50,411 nt of DNA from Thermoanaerobaculia bacterium (GTDB lineage: Bacteria; Acidobacteriota; Thermoanaerobaculia; Multivoradales; UBA5704): NCBI GenBank assembly GCA_035607445.1, contig DATMZM010000147.1, positions 1 to 50,411 on the forward strand, given 5' to 3'. The notes beneath the pieces were generated by a model. That model ran no database searches and was not told the origin of the DNA. It saw nothing but the letters and a program-made list of their open reading frames with translations. Below, piece by piece: positions 49,638 to 50,411 of this stretch. The translations under genes were made by a program, and so were the position numbers. Each line of letters opens with the position of its first letter. Positions within the stretch are counted from its first letter, which is position 1.

Positions 49638-50192
49638 TCAGGCGGCCGGCGTGCCGCGGCGTTCTTCGCGGGCGCGAAGGACGCGCGCGAAAGCCTCGAG
49701 GGCGGCGCGCAGGGCTCCGGTCACGGCGGGATCGGCGAGGAGGGTCGCTTCGTCGAGCCGCGAGCTCGCGAGCGGCACGGTGACGGACGCCTCGGCGACG
49801 AGGTGCGCCGACATGACGGTGAGGATCTCGACGAGAGACGCCGGGGCGTGGGTGGCGGTCGCCGAGGCGTTCCAGAGCGCCACGGGCTTGTCGACGATCT
49901 CGCTGCCTCCGACCAGCCAGTCGAGAGCGTTCTTGAGCACCCCGGGCACCCCGTGGGCGTACTCCGGGCTCGAGATCAGAAGGCCGTCCGCGGCGTCGAT
50001 CCGGGTGCGCAGGTCCGCGACCGGAGGCGCCGGAGGATCCTCCTCGAGATCGGGATTGAACGGCGGGATGTCGGCCAGGCCGCCCCAGAGGGCGACCTCG
50101 ACGTCCGGAGGGGCCAAGACCGCCGCGACGCGCAGGAGCGAGGTGTTCGTCGAGGCAGCCCGGAGGCTGCCGGAGACGGCGAGGATCCTCAC
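49638..50192 (-). CDS. NADPH-dependent FMN reductase family protein
   Basis: MRILAVSGSLR..S.N..LL, SPEY....PG.LKNALDW. Confidence 0.85.
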   Translation of the reverse strand: MRILAVSGSLRAASTNTSLLRVAAVLAPPDVEVALWGGLADIPPFNPDLEEDPPAPPVADLRTRIDAADGLLISSPEYAHGVPGVLKNALDWLVGGSEIVDKPVALWNASATATHAPASLVEILTVMSAHLVAEASVTVPLASSRLDEATLLADPAVTGALRAALEAFARVLRAREERRGTPAA

Positions 50193-50204
50193 CGGACCGA
50201 GCTA

Positions 50205-50411
50205 TCGCGGCCGCTCGAAAGCGCCGAGGAGGGACGCGACGTCGCCGCCGATCTGGAGGAGATTGCGCTCGAACAGCTCCTCGTAGTCGCCGCCGAAATC
50301 GCCGACCCCGGAGCGGCGCTCCTGCGTGAATCGGACGAGCACCTTGCCGGTCTCGGCGTCGAACAGCTCGCCCTCGATCCCGGTCTTCGCCGCTCCGGCG
50401 CCGAAGCCGAC
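50205..50411 (-). CDS. hypothetical protein, C-terminal fragment (gene runs off the right edge)
   Basis: The minus frame is open to the window edge and reads ...GFGAGAAKTGIEGELFDAETGKVLVRFTQERRSGVGDFGGDYEELFERNLLQIGGDVASLLGAFERPR*. G/C at third codon positions is high. Faint resemblance to DUF3313-type lipoproteins. Confidence 0.4.

Overview
This is a 50.4-kb, very GC-rich bacterial chromosomal segment. Hand counts on typical 60-nt lines give about 70-77% GC. lpxB, an msbA-like exporter and a BepA-like M48 protease indicate a diderm organism; I cannot assign the phylum from sequence alone. Most of the window is tightly packed housekeeping DNA with many 4-nt start/stop overlaps. On the minus strand: tsaB'-rarA, M48 protease, StyA-like monooxygenase, recD2, the block tRNA(CAT)-tilS-ftsH-folP-cdaA-cdaR-glmM, arsR, and tRNA-Val-tRNA-Asp-rpmG-sodA. 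On the plus strand: two secreted beta-helix paralogs, an aminotransferase, a PAS-GGDEF-EAL protein, queG, rpsA-ihfB, lpxB-msbA-DUF374, yicC-gmk-rpoZ-coaBC-udg, an ECF sigma/anti-sigma/bactofilin-like membrane protein module, a sigma-54 activator, and pdxJ. I call about 55 CDS, including rpmG, which is too short for the supplied ORF track, plus 3 tRNAs. The one clearly atypical stretch is about 35.9-39.5 kb, between pdxJ and glmM. GC there drops to about 45-65%. It holds a truncated BrnA-like gene, a stop-interrupted gene remnant, a translationally coupled two-gene cassette of unknown function (a soluble Cys/His-cluster protein plus a polytopic membrane protein), an SRPBCC gene and a GNAT gene. 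It ends in a roughly 285-bp foldback-like element: 41-bp inverted arms around eleven 20-bp palindromic tandem units. A second, unrelated array of eleven 21-bp units, each with a TTGGA-N3-TCCAA palindrome, sits upstream of rarA. The unknown cassette and the two palindromic arrays are my best candidates for undescribed biology. All functional readings of them are inference. The many long Arg/Pro/Gly/Ala-rich ORFs lying antisense or out of frame to recognisable genes are treated as high-GC artefacts.
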